Positions 50,059 through 61,190 of a stretch of 64,000 nt of DNA are shown in pieces. Source of the stretch: Zootoca vivipara (taxonomy: Eukaryota). Under the pieces are notes generated by a model. The model saw only the letters and a program-made list of their open reading frames with translations. It did no database searches and was not told where the DNA came from. The DNA is taken from assembly GCF_963506605.1 (NCBI RefSeq), contig NC_083284.1, positions 7,254,001 through 7,318,000 on the forward strand, given 5' to 3'. Within the stretch, counting starts at the first letter, position 1. Each line of letters opens with the position of its first letter. The translations under genes were made by a program, and so were the position numbers.

Positions 50059-51211
50059 GATATCAAACAGAAATTCTTACGGTCATTTTCTGTTTCCGGG
50101 GTTTCCTGGAGGCCATTATCATAGGGTCATGATGTTTGGTAGTTGGTTCTGCCAGCGCCATATATATGGGGTGGTAGACAGAGACTGGGATTATTCTCTC
50201 CCTCTGAATTTCTGTATGTTCATGTGTTCTCATTCAGTTATAGTTAGCCAGTGTAGCTCTTAGAATTGCTCACAGGCACGTCTCTAGCATATTGATTGAG
50301 TTGATTATAACAACAAGTGATTTCATTCCTCTATAGTCAGTATCCTGTGCAATTTGTTCGCCATTGGACTACTGGAAGGTGTTATGCTGTGGTATGTTTG
50401 TAGCATTTGTTATTCCTTCTTTAAGGACTTTCGTATCTGTTTATGCATTTAAAACTCTGAATATACTTTGCCTTCTATTGCTATTTTAATCTGCTCATGT
50501 GGAATCATAATCATTCAAGCATTCTGAACCATTGCTGAATATTGAGCTATTTCTAGAGGACATATAGTCATCTATTGAAGCTTTCACAGCAAATTAAGCA
50601 TATGTGTGCATTGCAGAACGGAGTGATTAAGCTTTAATTCATGGTTTGAAATGCTTTAATTAACGACACATTGTTACAAAAGTTTATACCGAGCAAAGTG
50701 CAAAATAGTAAAAGTTAAGGCATTTAAGACATGCATTTAATGTTTAAAAAAGTTAGACCTAAAACAAATATTGCTTTTGCAATAAATTGTACACTTTGTT
50801 AGATTTCAAGACTTACACAATTTTGAATTAAAAGAAAATTTTCAGTGTTGAGCATTCCATCATTAGTTGAATGATACATTGATCAATATTGATCAAATTT
50901 TGAACAACAACGGGCCCAGGGTTGAACTCTGTGGCACCTCGCTTGTCAATTTTTACCATGATGCTGAGGAACCGTGACCCCCCCCCCCCCTTGCCAGGAA
51001 ACTAGAGTAGCAGCTCCACACCACCTGGCAATCTACTTCTGATAAGTACCCTTCCTTCTTTCCTGGCCAAAATGGTGAATGGTGTTTCTTAAATGGTGTT
51101 GTCAATCTGTGATGCTAATGTTTGGGTATTAATATTTTCTTTTTCCAAAATTACATCCCAGACATAACAATGTTGAATTCTACAACATTCGTAATAAACA
51201 GATTTGATATA

Positions 51212-51450
51212 CAGTGGAACCTCGGTTTACAACTACCTCTGTTTATGAACGCCTCCTGTTTACATCCGGGTTCTGTGGCATCGGATGCGCAGATCGCTTC
51301 TGTGCAGCTCGCGCATGCACAGCAGCCATTGCGCAGTGGTGCTCTATCGGCGCTTCACGCACGTGCAAAAGCGTGCTTTTGGGGAGCGAATGCCTCCATT
51401 TACAAACGCCTCCGTGGAACGGATTGCGTTCGTAAATTGAGGTTCCACTG
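51212..51450. mobile_element. pogo/Tigger-like MITE
   Basis: TA TSD; TIR cagtggaacctc / gaggttccactg. Confidence 0.88.
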
Positions 51451-51629
51451 TATTTGTATTCATTGCCTTCTTTACCACATATAGCAGTCTATTAGTAACT
51501 GTAACAGTAATTTAAGAAAAGTTGTATGCATAGCAGCACTTTGGCTGTAGTTTCTATATGAAACAGATATTCTTAGAGGCATGTGAAGTACCAGTGAAAA
51601 CATGGGTAGCCTACTCCTGTTCTCATGTG

Positions 51630-51960
51630 CATTGAGCTATCAACCATGACTTCAAGATTTCTCTCCTGGTCAGTCACTGTCACTTCAGATCCCATTAATG
51701 TATATATGAAGTTTGGCTTTCTTGCCCCAATGTGCATCAGTTTACACTTGCTTACGCTGAGTAACACTTGCCATTTCAAAAACCATTCATGCAGTTTGGA
51801 GGGATGTTTTTGGAGCACAAATCTTTTTTGTTTTTTATCACCCTGAATGCTTTGGTGCTATCAGCAAATTTAGAACCTCACTGGTTATGGACTTGCTTAA
51901 ACTTGCTTAAACAATTATGGACTTGCTTTAAAATTATGAAGAAGTTCAAAAGCACCAACC
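51630..51960 (-). mobile_element. CR1 RT fragment
   Basis: KFADSTK, KLHEWFLKWQ..SKCKLMHIG..ERNLEVMVDSSM on the minus strand; another small CR1 RT piece (VPQSSTLGPLLF) at about 50900-50980. Confidence 0.85.
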
Positions 51961-52432
51961 CAGAGGCACCAACTTGCAAGGGAAATTGGGGGGGGGGGAG
52001 CACCAACTTTGCACATGATTTCCTGACATTGCATGCTTGATGTCAGGGCATTGAGAAGAGCTGGGGTGGGGCCAAACGCTGTGGTCGCATGGTTTCAAGG
52101 CCGGTGACTCAACCCTCTGCCGCCTCCTGGCCAGGGCCATCTCGAGCAGGTCGGGTGCCCTGGTGCTGAGGCACGGAGATTGCTCCGGCGCCCCTGCCCT
52201 CGCAGCGCGCAGCACGGCTTCCGCGCGACTTTGCTGCACAGCACTCCGGGAGTGCACCTAGAGCTGGGCCTGCTCCTGGCACTGCCACTGGCGGGAGGCT
52301 GCTTCCACCCTCCTTCCCCTCCACAGAAAGAGGAGAAGGAGCTGTTTACTCCACTCTGCACTGCTCCATCCCCTCAACATTGGCTATTGAGGGGGTTCAA
52401 AACAGCTCAGGCCCTCAGAAGCTGGTGCTCCT
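51961..52432. mobile_element. GC-rich non-autonomous DNA transposon
   Basis: Imperfect TIR aggcaccaact / agctggtgct; G-runs next to both ends; GC-rich interior in AT-rich flanks. Confidence 0.55.
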
Positions 52433-54032
52433 CCTATTACCAGACTTGATGAAATCACACACACATATGTAACACCCAGTTACATATGTAACTTTGATTA
52501 GCATGCAGAAGGCATTGCCACCACTTATCTTTTTAAAGTTACACCACAGTTACACCACCATTCTGAAATGGTGATGCTTTGTTTGATTTGTGTATTACCT
52601 ATTTTAACCAGGAGATGCTTTAAGTAGAGGAGCGTGTTCTCAGGCTTCTATTTGCAGATGTCTATCAAGATAGAGACGTCAAACACTTTGAACCTTTTTT
52701 CCTCACTGTTTGAAATGTTAGTAAAAAATCTTTAAACAAAAACTAAACATTGATTCCATTTTCTTAGTGGTTTTTTTTCCTTGCAGAAAGAGTTGCAAAA
52801 TGTCAATAGCTGTGTGAATCAAATCCTGAGGAAGCAAGTTCCCCCATATAACGGAAAAATCAATTACATTATAATGCCTGCAAAACTGGCAGTTCAGAAA
52901 GTATTATTATGGTTGAGGAAAGTGGGCTGCAGACCAGGTGTTCTCGTCACCTGTTTACTTTGGTTCTCCGCACAATTCCTGCTGCTGTTAGGGCTGAGGG
53001 GGATATTGTATTAGGCAGGATTGTGGTATCCAAAATTCAAGTTGAGGCTGAATTACACATCAGTTTGGAAATAAATTCAGTTTTAAAGTTATGGGCTCCA
53101 AATAAATGCGTTCACAATTAAGTTAGCACTCCGAATTGATTTTGTTTTTAGCCTGTAATATTGTCATTTAAAAATAAATTTTGGCTGCATTAGTCACAAA
53201 TACTGGCGATAAAATGCATCCATTAGCATTGCTGGGGCTGCTACTAGGAATAGGACCATGCATTTTGGGTTTCTGGGTGTTACTATATCTCATCAATCAT
53301 TTCCTCTTCTATGCAGAAATCTTAAAACAATTCTTCTTTTTTTGGCCTAGAGTCCAAGCCAGGCTTGGCTTAACACACCTAGATAGATAGCAACAGCCTG
53401 CTGGACTGTCCAGCTTACCAGCTTCTTTCCATCTGTCTCAATAAACCCTGTTCCTGACAGGGTTATTACTATTACTATAGTATTACTATGCCCACCAACC
53501 CGTGCTAACATGTTTTGTGCCCAGTAGACCCATTGTTGCTACTAGGAATCTTTTTTGCTTATTGCATGCAGTTTCTTTCCATATAGAGAAGCAAAGGTTT
53601 TGTTCTCCCATTCTTTTCCTCCCCCCACCCTTGAATAGCTGGAATATGGGAAGAGAAAAGCTTTGTTGCCTTACTGTCAACAAAGTGCTGCCTTGTAAAT
53701 GGAAAGGGCCACATAAGCAATGTCTGTTCTGTGGTGTTCCTATGTGGGAAACTGTAATGTATTAAAAAAGGGTAAAGGACCCCTGATAGTTAAGTCCAGT
53801 CGCAAACGACTCTGGGGTTGCAGCGCTTATCTCACCTTACCAGCCAAGGGAGACAATGTTTGTCCACAGACAGCTTTCCTGGGTCATGTGGCCAGCATGA
53901 CTAAGCTACTTCTGGCAAAACCAGTGCAGCGCACGGAAATGCCGTTTACCTTCCCGCCGGAGCGGTACCTATTTATCTACTTGCACTGGCAGAAATAATA
54001 AAAGCTAAGGCGGACTGGTGGGCACCATTCTT

Positions 54033-54228
54033 TTTCTTTTTCTTTGAAGATTTATAATATTTATTTATTAAAACTAAATTTGATTTTCAAATCAATCCAA
54101 TACAAATCAATACAAATCATAAATTTCCAAACTGAAGGATATATCCAAACAATGTTATATAGCATTGTTAATCCCACCACCTCCCCTCCACCCTTTACAC
54201 CACCCTTCCCTCCACCCCCGCTTCCCTC
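54033..54228 (-). mobile_element. Short L1-type 3' UTR / poly(A) insertion
   Basis: 10-bp TSD caccattctt (54023-54032 / 54229-54238); T-rich tail and tttatt; removing it restores the RT frame WWAPFLANLF. Confidence 0.85.
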
Positions 54229-54558
54229 CACCATTCTTAGCCAACCTCTTTACTCACATAGAGGATACTGGCCGCATCCCCAGGGATTGGGGAACAGCCA
54301 TAATGGTTCCATTCTATAAAAAGGGCAACAGAAGGGACCCAGCGAATTACAGGCCGATCAGCTTACTAAGTGTGACTAGTAAGCTCTATGCAAAACACCT
54401 CTTTAACAAGTTTACAGAATGGCTAGAGAAGGAAGATATCCTGGCAACTGAACAAGCGGGCTTCAGACCCGGCAGGTCCACAACAGACCACTGCCTAATG
54501 TTACAACATCTCATAGACAAGTACAAATCATGAGGGCAGGCCTCACTATATGCCGCCT

Positions 54559-56388
54559 CCCCCCCCCTTTTAATAATATGTTTATTGAAGATTTTTGGGT
54601 AGAAAATATAACAAAAATACAGAAAAATAAAAGAAAAAAGAAAAGTACAAAAAAGCAAAAAGAAAACAAAACAAAATGCAAAAAAACCCAATCTTGTTAA
54701 TATCGTATCATCGACTTCCCTGTCCCTCCCTTCCTGAATCTATTTTAAATCCCATTATACAGCTTTCACAATGTTTGCAAAATAATTCAACAATTACAAA
54801 TCTTATTCTTCACTCAATAATATATCTTACTCAATTTTAAACGACTTCTTAACTTCTTCTAATTATATCCCTTAGCCTTTAATTCCTCCCTGAAAAATAT
54901 ATCGTTTTCCCAAATCTTCCTTCTTCATATGTATTTACAATTTCTCTTAAATCTTCCCCTCCCTCCCCTGGGTAACAATTCCCTCTATTCCCCAACCAGC
55001 TCCTTAATCCTTTCTGTTTTCAGACCTCTTTAAACCATCCATTAATTGATATTCCATAAAAAATTTTCACCCCACACCCTCTCTTGACCACTCCAACCCA
55101 CACCATTCGCCTCTCCTCCCCTTCTGTTGTTTCGAATCTTCAGCCAGTCTCCCTCCCACATCTTCATTTTCCTTATCCCCTGTTATCACCCATCTTCTGT
55201 CTGGATTGTGTCCCCCTTCTCTCACTAGAGAGGCACAAAACCAGACCCAATCATCTTCATCTACCACAGCTTGATTGTCTCTGACTGGGGCCTGATCTCC
55301 CTCTCCCACTGGAAAATCAGGACCCCAAGTTCCATCTTGATCTGGAGATCCTTGAATCAAATAAATGTCCTTCGCAGCCTCTCTCACAGGTTGCTCTTCA
55401 ATCTGCTCCTCCTCCTTTTCTTCTTCTTGTGGATTTTCATTATTGTTGTCTTCTTCCTCCTGCTCTTGTGATTGTAAATTTTCTATTAGGGGCTGTGAGT
55501 TTCTATTACAGTTACACATTTCTTGAGTCATTTCTTGGATTAATTCCAAAATGTACTGTAAGCTGTTCTCTACTGACTGTAGGTTGGGTGTTTTGTCTGG
55601 CTGCATCCTTTGTCTTCTCATATTACAACGGAAGGCATATGTTATAGTACCAGAGGTGGTGCTATATTCTTTTGTTGTATTTTGTCCAAAATAAATCCTT
55701 TCTTTTGTTTCCAAGGTCTGGAAACTTCTTATATTCCAAAGTCTCTTAGAAGTCAAGTTAATACATCGATAGTATTGTAGCTAAAAATCAAAAGTTCGCC
55801 ATTGTTGATACATTCTTTCCCTTCGTAGCCTCGCTGTTTCAGCTGGTCACGGCTTCGAGGGTCTTGCTCCCAGATTACAGAGGGGGGGGGGTGTACTCCA
55901 ATCGTATTTTGCAGAGTTCAACAATTTAAGTATCTTTATGAGAGTTCACAACCTCCTTCAAACAACGTGGCTGCAGGCTAGTTAGCTGCGAAGTGGTTAT
56001 ATCGGTGTGGGGGGAGCGACCTCCGTTTCCTTTTTTAACTCCCCTCCCGTGACCCAATTTTTTCTAATTTCTCAAATCAATCTTGCATCCATTTACTCAC
56101 GATCAAATTCTTTTTTTGGAGGTATCTGCCACTCCGTTGTCTTTGGATCAGAGCTTTTCGTCGCCGAGGTAGCAAAGGACCCAAGGTTCTGTCACGATCA
56201 GTCTGCTCTCGAGGCTCCAAAAAGGGGCTTTCCGGCAGCGATTGTAACTTCAAAGAGCACGGCTGGGAAATCCAGGTCCCCAGAACGCTCTATCTGGGGG
56301 TTCTCTGGGTGGTTGTGGCGCTCACGCGACTCACCCCCCCTTGGCGGCGATGGGGGCCTCAGAGACCGAGACGCTCCCCGCCGAACGA
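54559..56388 (-). mobile_element. Non-autonomous, probably L1-mobilised retroelement with an ORF (copy E3)
   Basis: 15-bp TSD cactata(t/c)gccgcct (54544-54558 / 56389-56403); CpG-rich 5' region; AATAAA and short A/G tail; removing it restores SLYAAFVDLK. Confidence 0.88.
55067..55621 (-). CDS. Element-borne ORF, 184 aa from first ATG; predicted coiled-coil plus acidic tract; unknown function
   Basis: Frame open for 229 codons (to 55756); heptad-like LQSVENSLQYILELIQEMTQEM; E/Q/N-rich tract; ends WSREGVG. Expression unknown. Confidence 0.5.
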   Translation of the reverse strand: MRRQRMQPDKTPNLQSVENSLQYILELIQEMTQEMCNCNRNSQPLIENLQSQEQEEEDNNNENPQEEEKEEEQIEEQPVREAAKDIYLIQGSPDQDGTWGPDFPVGEGDQAPVRDNQAVVDEDDWVWFCASLVREGGHNPDRRWVITGDKENEDVGGRLAEDSKQQKGRRGEWCGLEWSREGVG

Positions 56389-56736
56389 CACTATACGCCG
56401 CCTTTGTAGACCTAAAAGCAGCCTTTGATACAGTTTCCAGAACTAGACTCTGGGACAGACTACAGGGCACCACAATTGATAGACAGCTTCTGCTACTAAT
56501 TCAGGCACTGCACGCAAACACGGCTCTCAGTCAGGTACAGCCGCCTAGGACACCTAACAGGCCACATTAAAATCTACAAGGGAGTCAGGCAAGGGTGCCT
56601 TTTGGCCCCACTACTATTTAACTTTTTTATAACTTAGTAGCCACACTTAATGACTTAGAACTTAATCCACCAAGGCTCGGAAACCTGCACATTTCAGTCT
56701 TGTTATATGCCGATGACACAGTAATTCTATCTAAAA

Positions 56737-57125
56737 CAGGGGTCCCCAGACTTACCGGGCTTCGGGCCGGTGCCCGCCGCACCGACCGCGCGTCGGGCCG
56801 GAGGGCAGGGGAGTGCGTGCGCAGCGGGCCGGAGGGCGGGGGAGTGTGCGCCCGTGCGCATGCGCGCACGCACACGGTCAGAAAAAAATCGCCGAAAATC
56901 GCTTGTGTGCATGCGTATGGACCTCCCCAGACCCGGAAGTGCATCGGAAATGACCTCTTCTGGGTCGGGAGAGGCCCATACGCATGCACACAAAGGATTT
57001 TCGGCGATTTTTTGCCGATTTTGAAGATCGCCGCCGCGCGCCGCGCCGTAAGAGCGGGCAGCGGCAGCGGGCGGCGGGGGTCGTCGCGGGCCGGATTGGG
57101 AGGAGCCGTAGTATGGGGACCCCTG
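56737..57125. mobile_element. Young GC-rich hAT (Charlie-type) MITE
   Basis: TIR caggggtcccca / tggggacccctg; 8-bp TSD atctaaaa / atctagaa; removing it restores YADDTVILS[K/R]TPIGL. Confidence 0.93.
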
Positions 57126-58516
57126 ATCTAGAACCCCTATTGGACTCAAAAGGGCACTAAGAAAGCTTGCTATATACTGTGAAACCGAATGTCTTAAAAT
57201 CAACTATCAAAAAACCAAGATACTAGCCTTTGGGGAAAAACCAAAGCTTAGAAGCTGGGAACTTCAAGGCCACAAATTAGAACAAGTCTCAAATTATAAA
57301 TATATTGGAATGGTGGTACAGGCTTCGGGATCCAACAGACTTCACATAAATTCTACCGGAAGCTCCGTGGAAAAAAACCGCAAAATGCATCCTCAATTTT
57401 TTGAGAGCTCAAGGGGGATTTTTTGTCCCCACAACCCTTAAACTATTCAAGGACAAAACGCTGGCACAGCTCCCTTATGGAGCCTTTCTGGGTCTGCCTT
57501 CCTCTACCTTCTCCCCCCTGGAGTGTGTGCAATCCAAATTTCTTACAGCTCTCCTACAAGTCAACAGATGCATTTCAAACAGATGGGTCAGACTAGAAAC
57601 GGGGATGATGAGAGTGGAGGCTTTCATCTGCCTAACATCAGTTTACAAAAGGCTGGCATTAAATCTGCTCCCTCGAGGAATAGCTCATTTGGTCCTCTGC
57701 GACCAGTTCCAGTCAGGCTGGCTGACAGCAGTCCTGAACACCCTCCAGAAAATGGGTTTTTCCTCCCCAAGCCCTTCTAAGTCTGGGGTTAGGCCAAGTA
57801 AAAGCCACGGTTAGACAAAGAATCATAGACATTGAGAGACAACAGGACTGCTCAAGATGCCCCGACTATAAAATTGGAGAAACAGAGAGATATACAGCCG
57901 CTCTGGCAGCTTACCTCTCCTTCCTCTTAGCCAAAAAGGCAAGAAGGGCTTTCACACTCACCAGAAGTTCAGCCCTGCCTCGCCAGTCCTGGAAGGATCC
58001 TACAAAAAAGTACCATACACCCAAAGACTCTGCGCCTGTTCCTTAGGGGAAATAGGAAGCCCAGAGCATCTATTTTTTAGATGTCCCTTCTATGAAGAGG
58101 CTCATAGGGAGATCCTTGATTCCATGCTGGTGAGGCTAGCTGACCTCCTAGAAAAGCAAATATACAATCTGCTCCTGTTAGGCAAAGATCAGAAGACAAC
58201 CTGGATGGTCGCCAGATTCTGTGTTCAGATCTGCAGACATAGACCTTCCCCTGAGCCAAACTAGTTCGTTTGAAAGTCCCTAAATCCAGTTCCCTGAGCG
58301 ACCCAGGGCCTGTTCTCTGCGGCAGCTTATCTTAAAGTTTTAAGTACTGTATCTTTATGCTCACTGCATTTATAAACATTAATGTTATCATTGTACAAAG
58401 TTTTATGTGTATGTTTTGTCCTTTGGGATTGTTCCCCCAAATGTGTTTTAAAAGCTGGTCTCCAACCATAATAAATTATTCATTCATACTTGCACTGGTG
58501 TGCTTTCCAACTGCTA

Positions 58517-59559
58517 CCGTGTTTCCCCCTTTTTAAGACACCGTCTTATAACTTTTTTTACTCAAAAAAACAGACGGTGTCTTATTTTCAGGGGATGCCT
58601 TGTACCTTAAGGCCTCCTCGGAAGGGCCAGGCCACTGGCTCGGGGTGCTGCTGGGCGCTCTGCGCGGCACCGAGGTGGCAGGCTGCTGGCTCGGCGCTCT
58701 GCCCAGCGCTGCTGGGCGCTCCAGGCGCTCGGCGCTGCAGACTGGCGGTTCCGGCGGCGGGGGGCAGGCCTCGGGCAGCTCTCCCCCCAAAAGAAGAGGC
58801 CAGGCGCTGCAAGGCGCTCCGAGCGCTTGGCGCTTCGGAGCGCTCCGCTATGCAGCCGCCGCTTCCGACGGCGGGGGGCAGGCCTCGGGCAGCTCTCCCC
58901 CCCAAAGAAGAGGCCAGGCGCTGCAGGGCGCTCCGAGCGCTCGGCGCTTCGGAGCGCTCCGCTCTGCAGCCGCCGGCCTCGGGCAGCCAAACAAAAAGAG
59001 AAGAGGCCAGGCGCTGCAGGGCGCTCCGAGCGCTCGGCGCTTCGGAGTGCTCCGCTCTGCAGCCGCCGGTTCCGGCGGCGGGGCGGCAGGCCTCGGGCAG
59101 CTCCTCCCCCCCAAAAAAGAAGAGGCCAGGCGCTGCAGGGCGCTCCGAGCGCTCGGCGCTTCGGAGCGCTCCGCTCTGCAGCCGCCGGTTACAGCGGCGG
59201 GGCGGCAGGCCTCATGCAGCTCCCCCCCCCCCCGCAAAAGAAGAAGCCAGGTGCTGCAGGGCGCTCCGAGCGCTCGCTGCTTCGGAGCGCTCCGCTCTGC
59301 AGCCGCCGGTTCCGGTGGCGGGGCGGCAGGCCTCGGGCAGCCCAAAAAAAAGAAAAGAAGAGGCCAGGTGCTGCAGGGCGCTCCATGCGTTCACTGCAGC
59401 AACAGCAGCCGGTTCCAGGCCCCTTTGGCTGGCTGGGGCGCTCGGCGGTCTCGCATGGAGGTATGTCTTATTTTCGGGGGGTGTCTTAGATTTCACTAAT
59501 GCTAAAAAATGCTGCCATGGCTTACTTTCTGACTACGTCTTAAAAAAGGGGAAACACGG
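58517..59559. mobile_element. Tc2-like (TcMar) non-autonomous element with internal minisatellite
   Basis: TA TSD; TIR ccgtgtttccccctttttaagac / gtcttaaaaaaggggaaacacgg; subterminal gtcttattttc repeats. Confidence 0.88.
58730..59390. repeat. GC-rich minisatellite, ~95-120-bp unit, about 6 copies
   Basis: aagaagaggccaggcgctgcagggcgctccgagcgctcggcgcttcggagcgctccgctctgcagccgccgg recurs near 58790, 58906, 59000, 59119, 59240 and 59355. Confidence 0.95.
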
Positions 59560-60629
59560 TAGGTTGGCAGGAGGTGGGACCGAACAATGGGAGCTCACCC
59601 TGTCGCAAGGATTTGAACTGCCAGCCTTCCGATTGGCAAGCCCAAGGCTCAGTGGTTTACATCACAGCACCACCCACGTTTCTCTGTAATGTATTAAGAG
59701 GTCCTTAATGAGTATTTTTGGGTTAGTCATTGCCTCTCCACTTCATTTTCTTCTCTTTAAGCATGTTGAATCATGTGGAAAGCAGTGTTCAGCATTAATA
59801 TTACACTACTTAAAGTATTATCTCAGTAACAGTAGGTAGCCCAATATTATTATCCCAATATTGCCATGTGGGGTGAGCTTAGAGAGAGGCTGTGTCTTAA
59901 TTGGGGGATGAATGAAATAAGGATTCTAAATCAGGATGCGTAGTAGTTTTATTAATTAACAATGATTAACAATAGTAAATGATTAAGTAAATTGGATAGT
60001 ACATCTTTTTCCTCTTCTGCAGCTGTACAATCGCAGATAGGTCTGAAAATTCTGTCTGAAATGAAAACCAAATAACAGTGAGGCAAGAAGGAATAAAGCA
60101 AAAGACTCGAGCCTTTTTATTTTATGATTTCCTCTGATATCTCTAGGGACTCTTTGAAATCAAGTAAACGAACTGTTCTGTGGATGGTAGATATGAAAAA
60201 AGGAAAAGAAAAGAGGCATTACAAAAAGGGAATACATTTAAGTACCAACTCATTTTAAGGAAGTTTTATTGCTTAAAGAATGCATTGAAATGCCTTTAAA
60301 ATTAGGACATGTGTTCATTTGAACAGATGCTGTCTCATATTATTTGGTTGGATAAAAGAAAAATGCTCTCACTGCATGATTAAATGGAAAGCCGAGATTA
60401 CCCAAAAGTTTTATTTAAATATGTTGCCAGATTTATTTTTTTGTTTTTGCAGATGCACTCTTAACACTAAAACATTCAAGCTAAACGCCTTACATTATTC
60501 ATTCAGTTACCTCAATGAATATTGGGCAGCCTCAGTAATGCAAACCAATACATGTAGGCAGGCTTTGGCAGTTTGACAGCATCTCAGTGGATCTGAACAA
60601 CCCAGCTGGTTTGCATCCTACAATACAGA

Positions 60630-60687
<58 letters not shown>

Positions 60688-60760
60688 TAAATTTCTATAC
60701 TGCCTTTCATACTAAGATCAATTTTAACAATATAAAAACACAAAAATACATACTGTATCA
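60630..60760 (-). repeat. (GTT)n microsatellite at the tail of an L2-like 3' end
   Basis: (GTT) x ~18 followed by tttattaaatttctatactgcc. Confidence 0.75.
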
Positions 60761-60807
60761 TAATTAGGCACACATGTACAAGTAGACATATTTAGTCAGA
60801 ATCAGAG

Positions 60808-60846
<39 letters not shown>

Positions 60847-61084
60847 AAAACAGACACCCACATGCAATATGTTATAAAATGCATTGGGCCACATTTTAGC
60901 TGCTGCTACATTGTGAAGGAACCTTTGATCTTGGGATTCTTATACAGTATGTGTGCAGCAAGAGTGCAGTCCTTCATGAGCCTTTCTCCTGATCTATGAA
61001 AGCTAGTTCTGCCACAAGTCAGAGAGGGCATTGAGTCTAGCAAGCCAGAAATCCCCCAAAGGGGCAGACTCCTCCATGAAATTG

Positions 61085-61190
61085 TTGTGAGTGGTGATAC
61101 CGGATGAAGAATGAAATCCAGGAAACATCCAAAAGAGGAAATGTTATACTAATGCATGACTTCAACTATCTTCACATAATCTGGCTACAT
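61085..61190 (+). mobile_element. CR1 endonuclease remnant
   Basis: Translates NEIQETSKRGNVILMHDFNYLHIIW, similar to the CR1 MGDFNYPxIxW motif. Confidence 0.55.

Larger units (their letters stand above)
53990..58486 (+). mobile_element. 5'-truncated RTEX-like LINE (disrupted RT ORF) with three nested inserts
   Basis: 12-bp TSD tacttgcactgg (53978-53989 / 58487-58498); RT motifs PANYRPISLL, QAGFRPGRST, FVDLKAAFDTV, GVRQGCLLAPLLF, LYADD, YKYIG; C-terminal CxC..EHLFFRCPFY; AATAAA plus (ATTC) tail. Clade assignment by recognition only. Confidence 0.85.
53766..59683 (-). mobile_element. Sauria SINE split into three pieces (53766-53989, 58499-58516, 59560-59683)
   Basis: The pieces join into a complete SINE; 14-bp TSD ctgtaatgtattaa (53752-53765 / 59684-59697). 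Confidence 0.93.

Noticed and set aside
52760-53014. Strong acceptor-like ttttttttccttgcag plus 77-aa ORF as the next CTNNA2 exon
   Set aside because: The translation does not match the expected VTTLVNTSNKG sequence and no convincing donor was found.
56007-57203. 187-aa, 143-aa and 158-aa ORFs
   Set aside because: Chimeric read-through across E3, the RTEX-like RT and the hAT MITE junctions.
58490-59689. 399-aa, 299-aa and 220-aa overlapping ORFs
   Set aside because: Open in several frames on both strands because the GC-rich minisatellite lacks stop codons; the longest also crosses SINE/MITE boundaries.
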